A stretch of 64,000 bases of DNA, from positions 497 to 64,496 of the forward strand of contig JBAZCP010000005.1 of the NCBI GenBank assembly GCA_041654875.1, read 5' to 3'. Origin of the DNA: Candidatus Cloacimonadales bacterium (GTDB taxonomy: Bacteria; Cloacimonadota; Cloacimonadia; Cloacimonadales; WRIO01). Under the pieces are notes generated by a model. The model did no database searches. It saw only the letters and a list, made by a program, of their open reading frames with translations, and was not told the origin of the DNA. The position numbers and the translations under genes are program-made. This document shows, piece by piece, positions 8,374 through 17,621 of the stretch (the stretch's first letter is position 1; each line of letters begins with the position of its first letter).

Positions 8374-10842
8374 TTATATAAAGAGGTTTAAGTTTGATTT
8401 TTCAGCTTCTTCGAGATAGCTTGCAACACCTCCGATAATGACGTTGTCAAGTAATTCTTCTTCTTTGACGCCCATCACATCCATCGACATTTGGCAAGCA
8501 ATCATCTGAATACCAACGTCTGCAGCAGCTTTTACCATGCTTTCAAGAGAATCTATTTTTTGTGATGCCATTCTCTTTTTCATCATAATTGAACCCATGC
8601 CCATCATATTAAGCTTTGAAAGGTTGAGTTTGCCATTATGAGCTGGCAACATCATTGAAAACATTTTGCCCATAAAGTCCTTTTTTACTTTGGGTTTTTG
8701 TACTTTTTTTATTACATTCAAGCCCCAGAAAGTAAAAAACATTGTGACTTTCTTACCTGTTGAAGCTGCACCGTGAGCAATTACAAATGAAGCTAAAGCC
8801 TTGTCCATATCATCGCTAAAGACAATAATTGTTTTATTATCACCCTGAACCTGAGAGCCAGTTTTTGCTTTTTGCTCTTCTTTCATTATTTCTGCAATAA
8901 TTTTTCCTTTTTCATGCTTAATTCCTAACAACTTATTACCCGTAATATTGGTCCAAGAACCAACATCTTTGGTAAATCCAGGATCTGAAGCTGTTATAAC
9001 TAAAACATCGCCTTCATTAATTTTGTCTATTTCATTTTTTAGTTTCATAATAGGTCCAGGACACTGCAAACCACAAGCGTCAATGTTTATTGTTTTTGTT
9101 TCTCTATCTTGTCTCATATGTGCAGGATTAGCTTGTAAAATCATATCGTCTTTAGTGATATAGTTCTTTTCAAAAATATCCTCATTACTTTGTTTTTGTG
9201 TTGAGTATTCGTAAGTTTTGTATCCCCCAGATAGGTTATAAACTTCTTCATATCCATTTTGCATTAATATTCTTGCAGCCAGATAGCCACGAAGACCGAC
9301 ACTACACAAAGTAATAATCTTTTTATCTTTAGGGATTTCATCAAGGCGGCTACGTATATCATCCAAAGGAATATTAATTGAGCCATCTATAGAACCTAAT
9401 GCAAACTCATCAGCAGTTCTTATATCCAAATAGAAATGGTTTTCTCTATCTGCTTCCAGTAGATATTTCCAGTCAACAGTTTTTAGTAAGCCTTTTATAA
9501 TGTTTTCAGCTACGAAACCAGCAATATTAACAGGGTCTTTTGCTGATGAAAATGGAGGTGCATATGCATGTTCTATTTCTTGCAAGTCGTATATGCTTCC
9601 AGAATCATTTAGAACTGTTGCTATAATATCTATTCTCTTATCAATACCCTCATATCCAATTATTTGAGCACCATACACTTTCTCACCATCGGGAGAAAAG
9701 AGAAGCTTTAATGTTAAAGGCAATGCATCAGGATAATACCCAGAATGCGATGTGCCATGAGTAATAGAAGAGATAAAGGGTATATTTTCTTGTTTTAAAG
9801 CTTTTTCTGATAAACCTGTTGAGGCAACAGTTATGTCAAACACTTTGGCAATTGCACTCGCAATTGCACCCTTATATTTCCTTTTATTACCATATATTAT
9901 ATTATCAGCAACTATGCGTCCTTGTTTATTTGCAGGTCCAGCAAGATAAGTTATAACAGGCTTATTCAAAAGAGGATGCTTAAACAAAACTGCATCGCCC
10001 AAAGCATAAATATTCTCATCGCTTGTTTGCATATAGTCATTAACAACAATACCTTTTCTCTCCCCTACTTCTAAATTAGCATCGATTGCTAATTTACTAT
10101 CGGGACTAACCCCAATAGAAAGAATCACTAAATCAGTGCGAATCTTTTTGCCACTTTTTAAGTTAACTATCAGAGTCCCATTATCTTCTGAAAAGGAAAC
10201 AACAGAGTCTTTTAGGAAAAACTCGACATTTTTGGTTTTTAAATGTTGATGTATTTGAGCAGCCATTTCATAATCCAGCATATTCATTACTTGTGCAGCC
10301 ATTTCGACAATTGTAACATTCATGCCAATATGATGTAAGTTTTCAGCCATTTCCAAGCCGATAAACCCTGCCCCGATAATTACAGCACGTTTTGCATTAT
10401 TCTCGTCTATATAGCTTTTAATTTTATCAGTATCAGGCACATTTCTTAAAGTAAATATCCCTTTCTTGTCAATACCTGGTAATGGTGGCTTAATCGGTTC
10501 AGCACCAGGTGAAAGAACTAACTTATCATATGTTTCTTCATACTCTTCACCTGTCTGTATATTTCTTACTAATACAGATTTACGATCTCGATTAATTTTA
10601 ACAACCTCAGATAAAACTCGTACATCAACGTTGATTTTGCTACGAAAAGTATCAGGTGTTTGCACAAAAAGTTTTTCCCTATCATTAATAACTCCTCCAA
10701 TATAATAGGGTAATCCGCAGTTTGCATACGAAATATACTCGCCTCTTTCGAACATGATGATTTCTGCGTGTTCGTCAATTCTTCTCAGTCTTGCAGCTGT
10801 AGTTGCACCACCAGCTACACCACCCACGATAACTATTTTCAT
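8374..10842 (-). CDS. Multidomain CoA-disulfide/persulfide reductase-like flavoprotein fused to rhodanese, TusA/SirA-like and DsrE/DrsE-like domains
   Basis: 822 aa. Contains GGVAGG FAD motif, redox Cys42 in SYANCGLPYY, a second GAGFIGLE dinucleotide motif, rhodanese loop C513 (CSVGLRG) and TusA motif CGLQCPGP (C594). The C-terminal ~150 aa are DsrE-like. Confidence 0.85.
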   Translation of the reverse strand: MKIVIVGGVAGGATTAARLRRIDEHAEIIMFERGEYISYANCGLPYYIGGVINDREKLFVQTPDTFRSKINVDVRVLSEVVKINRDRKSVLVRNIQTGEEYEETYDKLVLSPGAEPIKPPLPGIDKKGIFTLRNVPDTDKIKSYIDENNAKRAVIIGAGFIGLEMAENLHHIGMNVTIVEMAAQVMNMLDYEMAAQIHQHLKTKNVEFFLKDSVVSFSEDNGTLIVNLKSGKKIRTDLVILSIGVSPDSKLAIDANLEVGERKGIVVNDYMQTSDENIYALGDAVLFKHPLLNKPVITYLAGPANKQGRIVADNIIYGNKRKYKGAIASAIAKVFDITVASTGLSEKALKQENIPFISSITHGTSHSGYYPDALPLTLKLLFSPDGEKVYGAQIIGYEGIDKRIDIIATVLNDSGSIYDLQEIEHAYAPPFSSAKDPVNIAGFVAENIIKGLLKTVDWKYLLEADRENHFYLDIRTADEFALGSIDGSINIPLDDIRSRLDEIPKDKKIITLCSVGLRGYLAARILMQNGYEEVYNLSGGYKTYEYSTQKQSNEDIFEKNYITKDDMILQANPAHMRQDRETKTINIDACGLQCPGPIMKLKNEIDKINEGDVLVITASDPGFTKDVGSWTNITGNKLLGIKHEKGKIIAEIMKEEQKAKTGSQVQGDNKTIIVFSDDMDKALASFVIAHGAASTGKKVTMFFTFWGLNVIKKVQKPKVKKDFMGKMFSMMLPAHNGKLNLSKLNMMGMGSIMMKKRMASQKIDSLESMVKAAADVGIQMIACQMSMDVMGVKEEELLDNVIIGGVASYLEEAEKSNLNLFI

Positions 10843-10999
10843 AATGAACTCCTTAATGTTGTTTTCATTTTATAGTATAATATATAAACGATAAAAATAA
10901 ATAAGCAAATTATTTTTTAAATATTTTTATAGATTTTCATTGACATAAAAAGCAAAATTAAAAGTATTAGTTTAAGTTAATTAAAAAAAATATAGGAGA

Positions 11000-12250
11000 A
11001 TGAAAATGTCAATAGTTCGCCCTTTCCCAGCAGTAAGACCTGCAAAAGAAAAAGCTCACTTAATAGCAGCATTACCTTATGACGTAATGAGCTCTGATGA
11101 AGCAAGAGAAATGGTTAAAGGTAACCCCCTTAGTTTTTTACATGTAGATAAAGCAGAAATTGATTTACCAAGAGAAATTGATCTTTATGATGAAAGAGTC
11201 TATCAAAAAGCTAAAGAGAATTTTTACTCATTAATCGATAATAAGCATTTCATAAAAGAAGAAAAGCCATGTTTTTATCTATATCAACAAGTAATGAATG
11301 GTCATGCGCAAACAGGTTTAGTTGCAGGTGCCTCAATAGAGGAATATGAAAAAGACTTAATTAAAAAACACGAACATACCCGTGCTGACAAAGAAGCAGA
11401 TAGAATAAAACATGTTGATACTTTAAATGCACAAACAGGACCGATATTTCTTACATATCGAGCTCAAAAGAATATTACTGATAAAATGAATGAATTAATG
11501 AAAGACCCGCCATTGTATGACTTTACTGCAGAAGATGATGTCAGACATATAGTGTGGCGTATTGATAAAAATGAAGATATCAATTTCTTTATGAATAGCT
11601 TCAAAGAAATTGAATGCCTATACATTGCTGATGGGCACCATCGTAGTGCTTCTGCTGTGAGAGTTGGACAAAGAAGAAGAGATGCAAACCCAAACCATAC
11701 AGGAGAAGAAGAATATAATTTCTTTTTATCTGTAATTTTCCCACATGATCAGCTTGCTATCTACGATTACAACCGCATTGTGGTTGATCTTAATGGTAAT
11801 ACTAAAGATGAGTTTATGAATAAAGTAAATGAAAAATTTGAAATAGAAGAATACTCTGCTGATAAGGCTTACAGGCCAGAAGCTCTTCATACATTTGGAA
11901 TGTATATTGATAAAATATGGTACAAATTGACTGCAAAAAATGGTACATTCCCAGCTGATGATCCTGTTGGCTCACTTGATGTTTCTATTATGCAAAACAA
12001 TTTACTTGAGCCTATACTGGGTATTAAAGATCCCAGAACTGATAATAGAATAGATTTTATTGGTGGAATACGTGGACTTGATGAGCTAAGTAAAAGAGTT
12101 GATGCTGGAGAAGCAGTCGCATTTTCAATGCATCCAACATCAGTTGACGAATTAATTAATATTGCAGATGCAGGCATGATTATGCCACCAAAATCTACTT
12201 GGTTTGAACCAAAGTTACGTTCTGGCTTACTTTGCCACTTATTAAGTTAA
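11000..12250 (+). CDS. DUF1015 family protein
   Basis: N-terminus VRPFPAVRP...ALPYDV and an ADGHHR motif. AGGAGA lies at 10994-10999, so the ATG at 11006 is the more likely true start. Confidence 0.8.
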   Translation: MKMSIVRPFPAVRPAKEKAHLIAALPYDVMSSDEAREMVKGNPLSFLHVDKAEIDLPREIDLYDERVYQKAKENFYSLIDNKHFIKEEKPCFYLYQQVMNGHAQTGLVAGASIEEYEKDLIKKHEHTRADKEADRIKHVDTLNAQTGPIFLTYRAQKNITDKMNELMKDPPLYDFTAEDDVRHIVWRIDKNEDINFFMNSFKEIECLYIADGHHRSASAVRVGQRRRDANPNHTGEEEYNFFLSVIFPHDQLAIYDYNRIVVDLNGNTKDEFMNKVNEKFEIEEYSADKAYRPEALHTFGMYIDKIWYKLTAKNGTFPADDPVGSLDVSIMQNNLLEPILGIKDPRTDNRIDFIGGIRGLDELSKRVDAGEAVAFSMHPTSVDELINIADAGMIMPPKSTWFEPKLRSGLLCHLLS

Positions 12251-12260
12251 AAATACACAC

Positions 12261-12292
12261 AGCAGGGCAAAATCTTGCCCTGCTTTTATTTT
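12261..12292 (+). terminator. Rho-independent terminator after the DUF1015 gene
   Basis: AGCAGGGCAA-aatc-TTGCCCTGCT followed by TTTATTTT. Confidence 0.8.
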
Positions 12293-12319
12293 CCATTTCA
12301 ATAAATTTTTAGAGGTGCA

Positions 12320-13630
12320 ATGAATAAGTTTGCTATAGTTAGTTTAGGTTGTCCCAAAAACTTAGTTGATTCTGAATATTTCAAACAGATATTTTTAGAT
12401 TATGGATTGATATATACAGAAATTCCTGAAGAGGCAAAGTATATATTAATAAATACTTGTGGTTTTATAAACCCCGCAAAAGAAGAATCTATTAATAACA
12501 TACTTGAATACGCAGAACTGAAACATAATAATAAGAATGTCAAACTGATTGTGACTGGTTGTCTTGTAAAAAGATATATTGATGTTTTAAAAAAGGAAAT
12601 AAGCGAAGTTGATTACTGGATAGGACTTAAAGATTTTGATTTACTAAAAAACATCTTGTCGCAAATGCCAGCAACTGTTAAAAGTTCCGACAAACATGAG
12701 CAATTGCCACTAAAGAGATCAATACTTACTCCTCATCATTATGCCTATTTAAGAGTTAGTGATGGTTGCAATAACCATTGTTCGTATTGTGCAATTCCAA
12801 GCATACGTGGAGATTTGCAAAGCGAAAGTATCGAATCTTTGATAAAAGAGGCAAAAACACTTGCTAATCAAGGCGTTAAAGAATTGATAATAAATGCACA
12901 AGATACAGCACAATATGGTACTGATTTATATAAACAGCAAAGATTGATAGACTTATTGAAAGAAGTCCAGAAAATACAAGATTTTCGTTGGATAAGATTA
13001 CTATATTTGCATCCAGCTCATTTGACTTTTGAGATAATTGACGAACTTGCAAAGATAAAGAAACTATGCCATTATTTTGATATTCCAATACAGCATATTA
13101 ATGATGATATTTTGAAAGACATGAATAGACACACTGATAAAGCTCACATTATCTCAATCTTAAGTCATATTAGAAAAAGAATCCCTGATGCTGTGTTAAG
13201 AACAAGCTTGATCACAGGCTTTCCTGGAGAAGATGTTAAGAGATTTAATGAACTTCTAAGATTTATACAAGAGATGAAATTCGATAAATTGGGTGTATTT
13301 AGTTACTCGCCAGAAGAAGGCACAACAGCTGCAGATCTTCCAAAACAAGTAACACCAAAAACTGCTGATAGACGTCGAGACAAAATTATGGCTTTGCAGC
13401 AAGCAATCTCGGCTGAAAACTTAGTGAGGTTTATCGGTAAAGAGCTTGAAGTAATAATCGATAATGAGTCAAAAGAAGACGGCTATCAATGGGAAGCAAG
13501 AAGTGAATATGATGCTCCAGATATTGATGGGATTGTTTATATCAAGCAGTCTAATAGAAATATCGGAGATATTGTTAAAGTAAAAATCATAGACTCATTA
13601 GAGTATGATTTAATAGCAGAAGAGGTTTGA
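12320..13630 (+). CDS. rimO: Ribosomal protein S12 methylthiotransferase
   Basis: 436 aa. N-terminal SLGCPKNLVDSE, radical-SAM motif CNNHCSYCAIP, and a C-terminal TRAM-like region. Confidence 0.8.
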   Translation: MNKFAIVSLGCPKNLVDSEYFKQIFLDYGLIYTEIPEEAKYILINTCGFINPAKEESINNILEYAELKHNNKNVKLIVTGCLVKRYIDVLKKEISEVDYWIGLKDFDLLKNILSQMPATVKSSDKHEQLPLKRSILTPHHYAYLRVSDGCNNHCSYCAIPSIRGDLQSESIESLIKEAKTLANQGVKELIINAQDTAQYGTDLYKQQRLIDLLKEVQKIQDFRWIRLLYLHPAHLTFEIIDELAKIKKLCHYFDIPIQHINDDILKDMNRHTDKAHIISILSHIRKRIPDAVLRTSLITGFPGEDVKRFNELLRFIQEMKFDKLGVFSYSPEEGTTAADLPKQVTPKTADRRRDKIMALQQAISAENLVRFIGKELEVIIDNESKEDGYQWEARSEYDAPDIDGIVYIKQSNRNIGDIVKVKIIDSLEYDLIAEEV

Positions 13631-13669
13631 GCTATGTAGTATAGTTATTTAGCTTCAGAAAGGGCAAGA

Positions 13670-14431
13670 ATGTTTTTATTACATCCACAAAATATCAAAA
13701 TTGATACAGAATTATTAAACACATTAGAAGAAAAAAAGAAAAAATTATTCCGTTACTTAGTTTACGAACGAAAATACAATAACTTAAAGCTTTTTAGAAC
13801 ATACTTAAAAGGCTTGTTGAGATTGCAAGACGTGATGAACATTAAAAGTGCACAATTTGAAGCCAATAGCAGACAAGAAGCTGAAATATACACAAGTAAT
13901 CTTGCGAAAGGTCTTGACTACATTGCTGATGAAGTAATTAATAATCATTGCATAAATAGCCCTAAAGATATTATTTACTTGCACTATTTAGTTGATCCCG
14001 AAAATCATGCAAAATGTAATGCAACATATAGGAAAACTCAGGTGCAGTTGGGCAAATTAAACCCTCCAGAACCTCATCGATTAAACTCTCTCATAGAAAA
14101 CATGTTGTTTAAACTTGACGAGATTAATAACTCTATTTTAAAAGGAATCTACTTGCATCATGAAATAGTCCGCATACACCCTTTTACAGATGGTAATGGA
14201 AGAGTGGCAAGGTTGTCAGAAAATTGGGTTCTTATGTTTGATCTATACCCTCCAATTGTGATTTCATCGCCAAAAGACAGACAGAACTATATTAGGGATT
14301 TAGAAGCAAGCTTCCTATCGTTAGAAAATAATCCAGAAGAAAACAACGATGCAACTACAAAGTTTTTTAATAATCAAATCAAAAGACTTAATAATAGTCT
14401 TGATTATTTGTATGTACGCTTAAAAATGTAG
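13670..14431 (+). CDS. Fic family protein (AMPylase-type fido domain)
   Basis: Canonical Fic motif HPFTDGNGRVAR. Confidence 0.85.
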   Translation: MFLLHPQNIKIDTELLNTLEEKKKKLFRYLVYERKYNNLKLFRTYLKGLLRLQDVMNIKSAQFEANSRQEAEIYTSNLAKGLDYIADEVINNHCINSPKDIIYLHYLVDPENHAKCNATYRKTQVQLGKLNPPEPHRLNSLIENMLFKLDEINNSILKGIYLHHEIVRIHPFTDGNGRVARLSENWVLMFDLYPPIVISSPKDRQNYIRDLEASFLSLENNPEENNDATTKFFNNQIKRLNNSLDYLYVRLKM

Positions 14432-14676
14432 CTCTATTAAATTGATATAATTTTCAAATATACTAAGTTTAATGCAAGTTTTTATGAAAAACATATTTAT
14501 AAATAATGCTTATTTTTACACATTTTCAATACATAATTTGATAATAAAAAAATCTCACAGTGTTTTCTCTAATGTTTATTGCCTATTCATGATATTTTTT
14601 TGATAAATTTATTATCTATTTTTCAATATGTTAGCTCTTTACGAATTAAATATTTAAACATTTATTAAAAAACTTA

Positions 14677-14705
14677 TTGACAATAAAACATAGGTTCAAT
14701 AAATA
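14677..14705 (+). promoter_or_regulatory. Possible sigma70-type promoter for tRNA-Asn
   Basis: TTGACA (14677-14682), 17-nt spacer, TAAATA (14700-14705), about 35 nt upstream of the tRNA. Confidence 0.35.
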
Positions 14706-14738
14706 GGTAAATATAAATCATAGCAGTGATGAAGACGA

Positions 14739-14814
14739 TCCGGAGTGGCTCAGGGGTTAGAGCGGGTGGCTGTTAACCACTAGGTCGGGGGTTCAAATCC
14801 CTCCTCCGGAGCCA
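14739..14814 (+). tRNA. tRNA-Asn (anticodon GTT), CCA encoded
   Basis: Acceptor stem TCCGGAG/CTCCGGA, anticodon loop CTGTTAA, T-loop GGGGGTTCAAATCCCTC, 3' GCCA. Confidence 0.9.
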
Positions 14815-14820
14815 TAAATT

Positions 14821-14846
14821 AAAAGCAGGCAAATGCCTGCTTTTTT
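14821..14846. terminator. Bidirectional hairpin terminator between tRNA-Asn and the convergent ArsC-family gene
   Basis: AAAA-GCAGGC-aaat-GCCTGC-TTTTTT. Confidence 0.75.
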
Positions 14847-14856
14847 ATTACAAATT

Positions 14857-15189
14857 TTACTGTAATAACTGCTCCAGCATATCAATATCGAAGCCTAAAA
14901 AAGCCTTATTTTGCTTTCTGATTATTGGAGTTTTAAACAATAGAGGCTGTGCTAAAAGCTTTTCAAGTTTATCATGAATGATATACTTTAAATTAAGCTT
15001 TTCATATTCTTTTGAGTTTTTATCAATCAAATCGTCAATAGGGATTTGTTGACTTATCTTTGTGATCTCTCCAAGACTTAGACCCTTTATTTGTAAATCT
15101 TTAAACTGAAAATCAATACCCCGTTCTTTTAAGTAACGTATTACTTTTTGAGTATCACGACATTTTTTAGTTCCAATAATTTGTATCAT
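14857..15189 (-). CDS. ArsC/Spx/MgsR family protein (YffB-like)
   Basis: 110 aa. N-terminus MIQIIGTKKCRDTQKVIRYLKERGIDFQFKDL shows a thioredoxin-like fold signature with a single Cys. Confidence 0.7.
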   Translation of the reverse strand: MIQIIGTKKCRDTQKVIRYLKERGIDFQFKDLQIKGLSLGEITKISQQIPIDDLIDKNSKEYEKLNLKYIIHDKLEKLLAQPLLFKTPIIRKQNKAFLGFDIDMLEQLLQ

Positions 15190-15245
15190 AAAAACTCCTT
15201 AAAAAAAAGGCAGAGCCTTTTGACTCTGCCAAATATTGGTAATTG

Positions 15246-16739
15246 TTATTTACTTTCTGACATTTTCTTCACAAAGTAGAATAAAGTTTTTACTGCAAAA
15301 CCTGTTGCACCTTTTTGCTGCCAAGCTTTTGGTTTATCAGTCATTGCCATGCCAGCAATATCAATATGCATCCAAGGTCTATCTTGAGCAAACTCTCTTA
15401 AGAACAAACCTGCAGAGATTGTGCCAGCCATTCTACCTCCAGAGTTCTTCAAATCGGCAACAGTTGATTTGTTCAAGTTTGCATATTCTTCATCTGTTGG
15501 TAATTGCCAGTATTTTTCATTTGAATATTTCTCGGCGTATTGTAGAGCCTCATATAGTTCTTGTTGGTTTGTTAATACAGGAGCTCTTGTTCCTCCTAAT
15601 GCTACCACTGCTGCACCGGTTAAGGTTGCAATGTCTACAAGTTGAGTTACTCTTTCGTGTTTTATTGCAAAATGCATGGCATCAGCGAGAGTTAATCTGC
15701 CTTCTGCATCGGTGGAGATTATTTCGACTGTTTTCCCTGCCATAGTATTAATAATATCTCCAGGTCTATATGCACGACCAGAAATCAAGTTTTCACATGC
15801 AGCAACAACTGCAGTAACGTTGATTGGTAGCTTTGCATTAGAAATAGCAGCCATTGCACCTATAACAGCTGCAGAGCCAGCCATATCACTCTTCATTGCA
15901 CCCATGCCTTCACCAGGCTTAATATTGTAACCTCCTGAGTCAAAAGAAAGTCCTTTGCCAATTAAGCCAAGAATATCATGCGGGTTGCTTGGATCTCCTT
16001 TGTGATACATAACAATCAATCTGGGCTGATTATCTGAGCCCTTTGCAACGTTTATGTATGCGTCCATACCAAAAGATGAGATTTTTTTCTCATCATATAC
16101 TTTGACTTCAAAATCATATGAATTTCCTGTTTTTTGAGCCATTTCTGCAATTTTACGAGGAGTCATTTCATTTGCAGGTTCATTTACAAGCTGTTTTGCA
16201 AGGTTGATTGCTTGTCCAAAAAGCAAACTATTTTGCACAAGTTCAATGATATTTTCGGTTGTTTTTTTACTTATGAATACAGCCTTTTTGAGGAGATATT
16301 CTTGTTTTTTTTCAAAATAAGTGTCGAATTCATATGAGCATTCTTCAAAAGTTTGTGCTGCTAATTGGATAAATTCTTCTACGTTTCCAAAATCTGCAAT
16401 TAAGTGTTCTGCAATTACATTAATTTCTTTCGCTTTATTTTTTTTTGCCAGATTATAGATATCTGCAAAAATACCTTGCATTTGGTTATACGAGAAGTTT
16501 TCTTTTTTTTCACCAAGCCCTAATAAGATGATATCTTTGTCCTCTTTTGCATTATTGAAATTGATATATTGAAGCTCATCAGATTTCCAATTGTATTCTT
16601 TCTTCTGGATCCATGCCTCAATTACTTTGAAAATACCAGCAGGTATAAATGCTTTCAATTCATTAAAATCAAAATCTTGCCAAGCTGGTATGACGACGAG
16701 AAAATTAGATTGAATTTTTTCATTAAGTTGTAGTTTCAT
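15246..16739 (-). CDS. pepA: Leucyl aminopeptidase (M17)
   Basis: 497 aa. M17 signature STDAEGRLTLADA plus MKSDMAGSAAV. Confidence 0.9.
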   Translation of the reverse strand: MKLQLNEKIQSNFLVVIPAWQDFDFNELKAFIPAGIFKVIEAWIQKKEYNWKSDELQYINFNNAKEDKDIILLGLGEKKENFSYNQMQGIFADIYNLAKKNKAKEINVIAEHLIADFGNVEEFIQLAAQTFEECSYEFDTYFEKKQEYLLKKAVFISKKTTENIIELVQNSLLFGQAINLAKQLVNEPANEMTPRKIAEMAQKTGNSYDFEVKVYDEKKISSFGMDAYINVAKGSDNQPRLIVMYHKGDPSNPHDILGLIGKGLSFDSGGYNIKPGEGMGAMKSDMAGSAAVIGAMAAISNAKLPINVTAVVAACENLISGRAYRPGDIINTMAGKTVEIISTDAEGRLTLADAMHFAIKHERVTQLVDIATLTGAAVVALGGTRAPVLTNQQELYEALQYAEKYSNEKYWQLPTDEEYANLNKSTVADLKNSGGRMAGTISAGLFLREFAQDRPWMHIDIAGMAMTDKPKAWQQKGATGFAVKTLFYFVKKMSESK

Positions 16740-16747
16740 GTTGCCTC

Positions 16748-17527
16748 CTATATTATTTTTATTTGATTAAATCCGGTATAGAGGTTAAATCTTTTCCCTC
16801 TGGCAAATGCTATTAGATATAGCTTGTGTTCCCATGCAAGCCTAATTGCTTCAGATGTAGCTGCAGAATGTGAGACAATTAAAGGAAATCCAAGTCTAAT
16901 AGCCTTTTTTACTATTTCGGAAGAGACTCTACCTGTTGAAAGCAAAACACAGTCATTCAATGTCTTTTTTTGTTGCAAAAAACTGCCTGCAACTTTATCA
17001 ACAGCGTTGTGTCTACCAATGTCATTTCGTACGCACTTTATCTGATTATCTTGCAAAATAGCAGCACTATGGACGCCTCCTGTTTGCTGAAAGAGATCAG
17101 ATTTTTTTTGAAAATCTATCATGGCAGAGAAGATTAAGTCTTTTTCAATTTTATATTGAGGAAAGTCACTTTTACCGCCAGAAATTGAGTTACTAAAAGC
17201 TGCAGCACATCCTGAGTTTTTCTCTCTGCTAAGCATAAAACTATTAATTCTTTGATTTGGTATATCGCAATTGAAATAAATCGAATGTTCATCTTTTTTA
17301 AAATCGACAGAAATTATCTCATGATGAGAACGAATAATGCCTTCAGAGAACAAAAAGCCATATGCAAGTTCGTGTAAATACTCAGGTAGAGTAGATAAGC
17401 CAATAAAACGAGTATTATTAATGTAAATCTCGAGTGTTATTTCTCTAACAACTACATCAGATAAGAATTCTTCATTATCATTTGTAAACCTTTTTATTTC
17501 GATAAGCCTTTTTAAATCATCATCCAT
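16748..17527 (-). CDS. fdhD: Formate dehydrogenase accessory sulfurtransferase FdhD-like
   Basis: GGVHSAA, GRHNAVDK and STGRVSSE motifs. Only one Cys (NSGCAAAF) sits in the loop where, as I recall, E. coli FdhD has two. Confidence 0.8.
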   Translation of the reverse strand: MDDDLKRLIEIKRFTNDNEEFLSDVVVREITLEIYINNTRFIGLSTLPEYLHELAYGFLFSEGIIRSHHEIISVDFKKDEHSIYFNCDIPNQRINSFMLSREKNSGCAAAFSNSISGGKSDFPQYKIEKDLIFSAMIDFQKKSDLFQQTGGVHSAAILQDNQIKCVRNDIGRHNAVDKVAGSFLQQKKTLNDCVLLSTGRVSSEIVKKAIRLGFPLIVSHSAATSEAIRLAWEHKLYLIAFARGKRFNLYTGFNQIKII

Positions 17528-17621
17528 ATATATCCTTTTTTAGACAACTGTGATGGATTGTCTCTATATTATATTTAAGCCATTTTAGGCAAGCAGTTAT
17601 TACAATGTTCATGTATATCCT

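Noticed and set aside
14432-14860. The tRNA-Asn neighbourhood as a genomic-island or prophage integration site.
   Set aside because: No integrase, no direct repeat of the tRNA 3' end, and no mobile-element genes on either side within the window.
15236-15745. A 169-aa plus-strand ORF, along with similar antisense ORFs at 27906-28271, 34466-34792, 35096-35434, 42629-43039, 50548-50949 and 58233-58604.
   Set aside because: All lie antisense within well-supported genes (pepA, motA/flbD, fliK, cdsA, the T9SS protein, waaA). They have low-complexity translations and no RBS or motifs.
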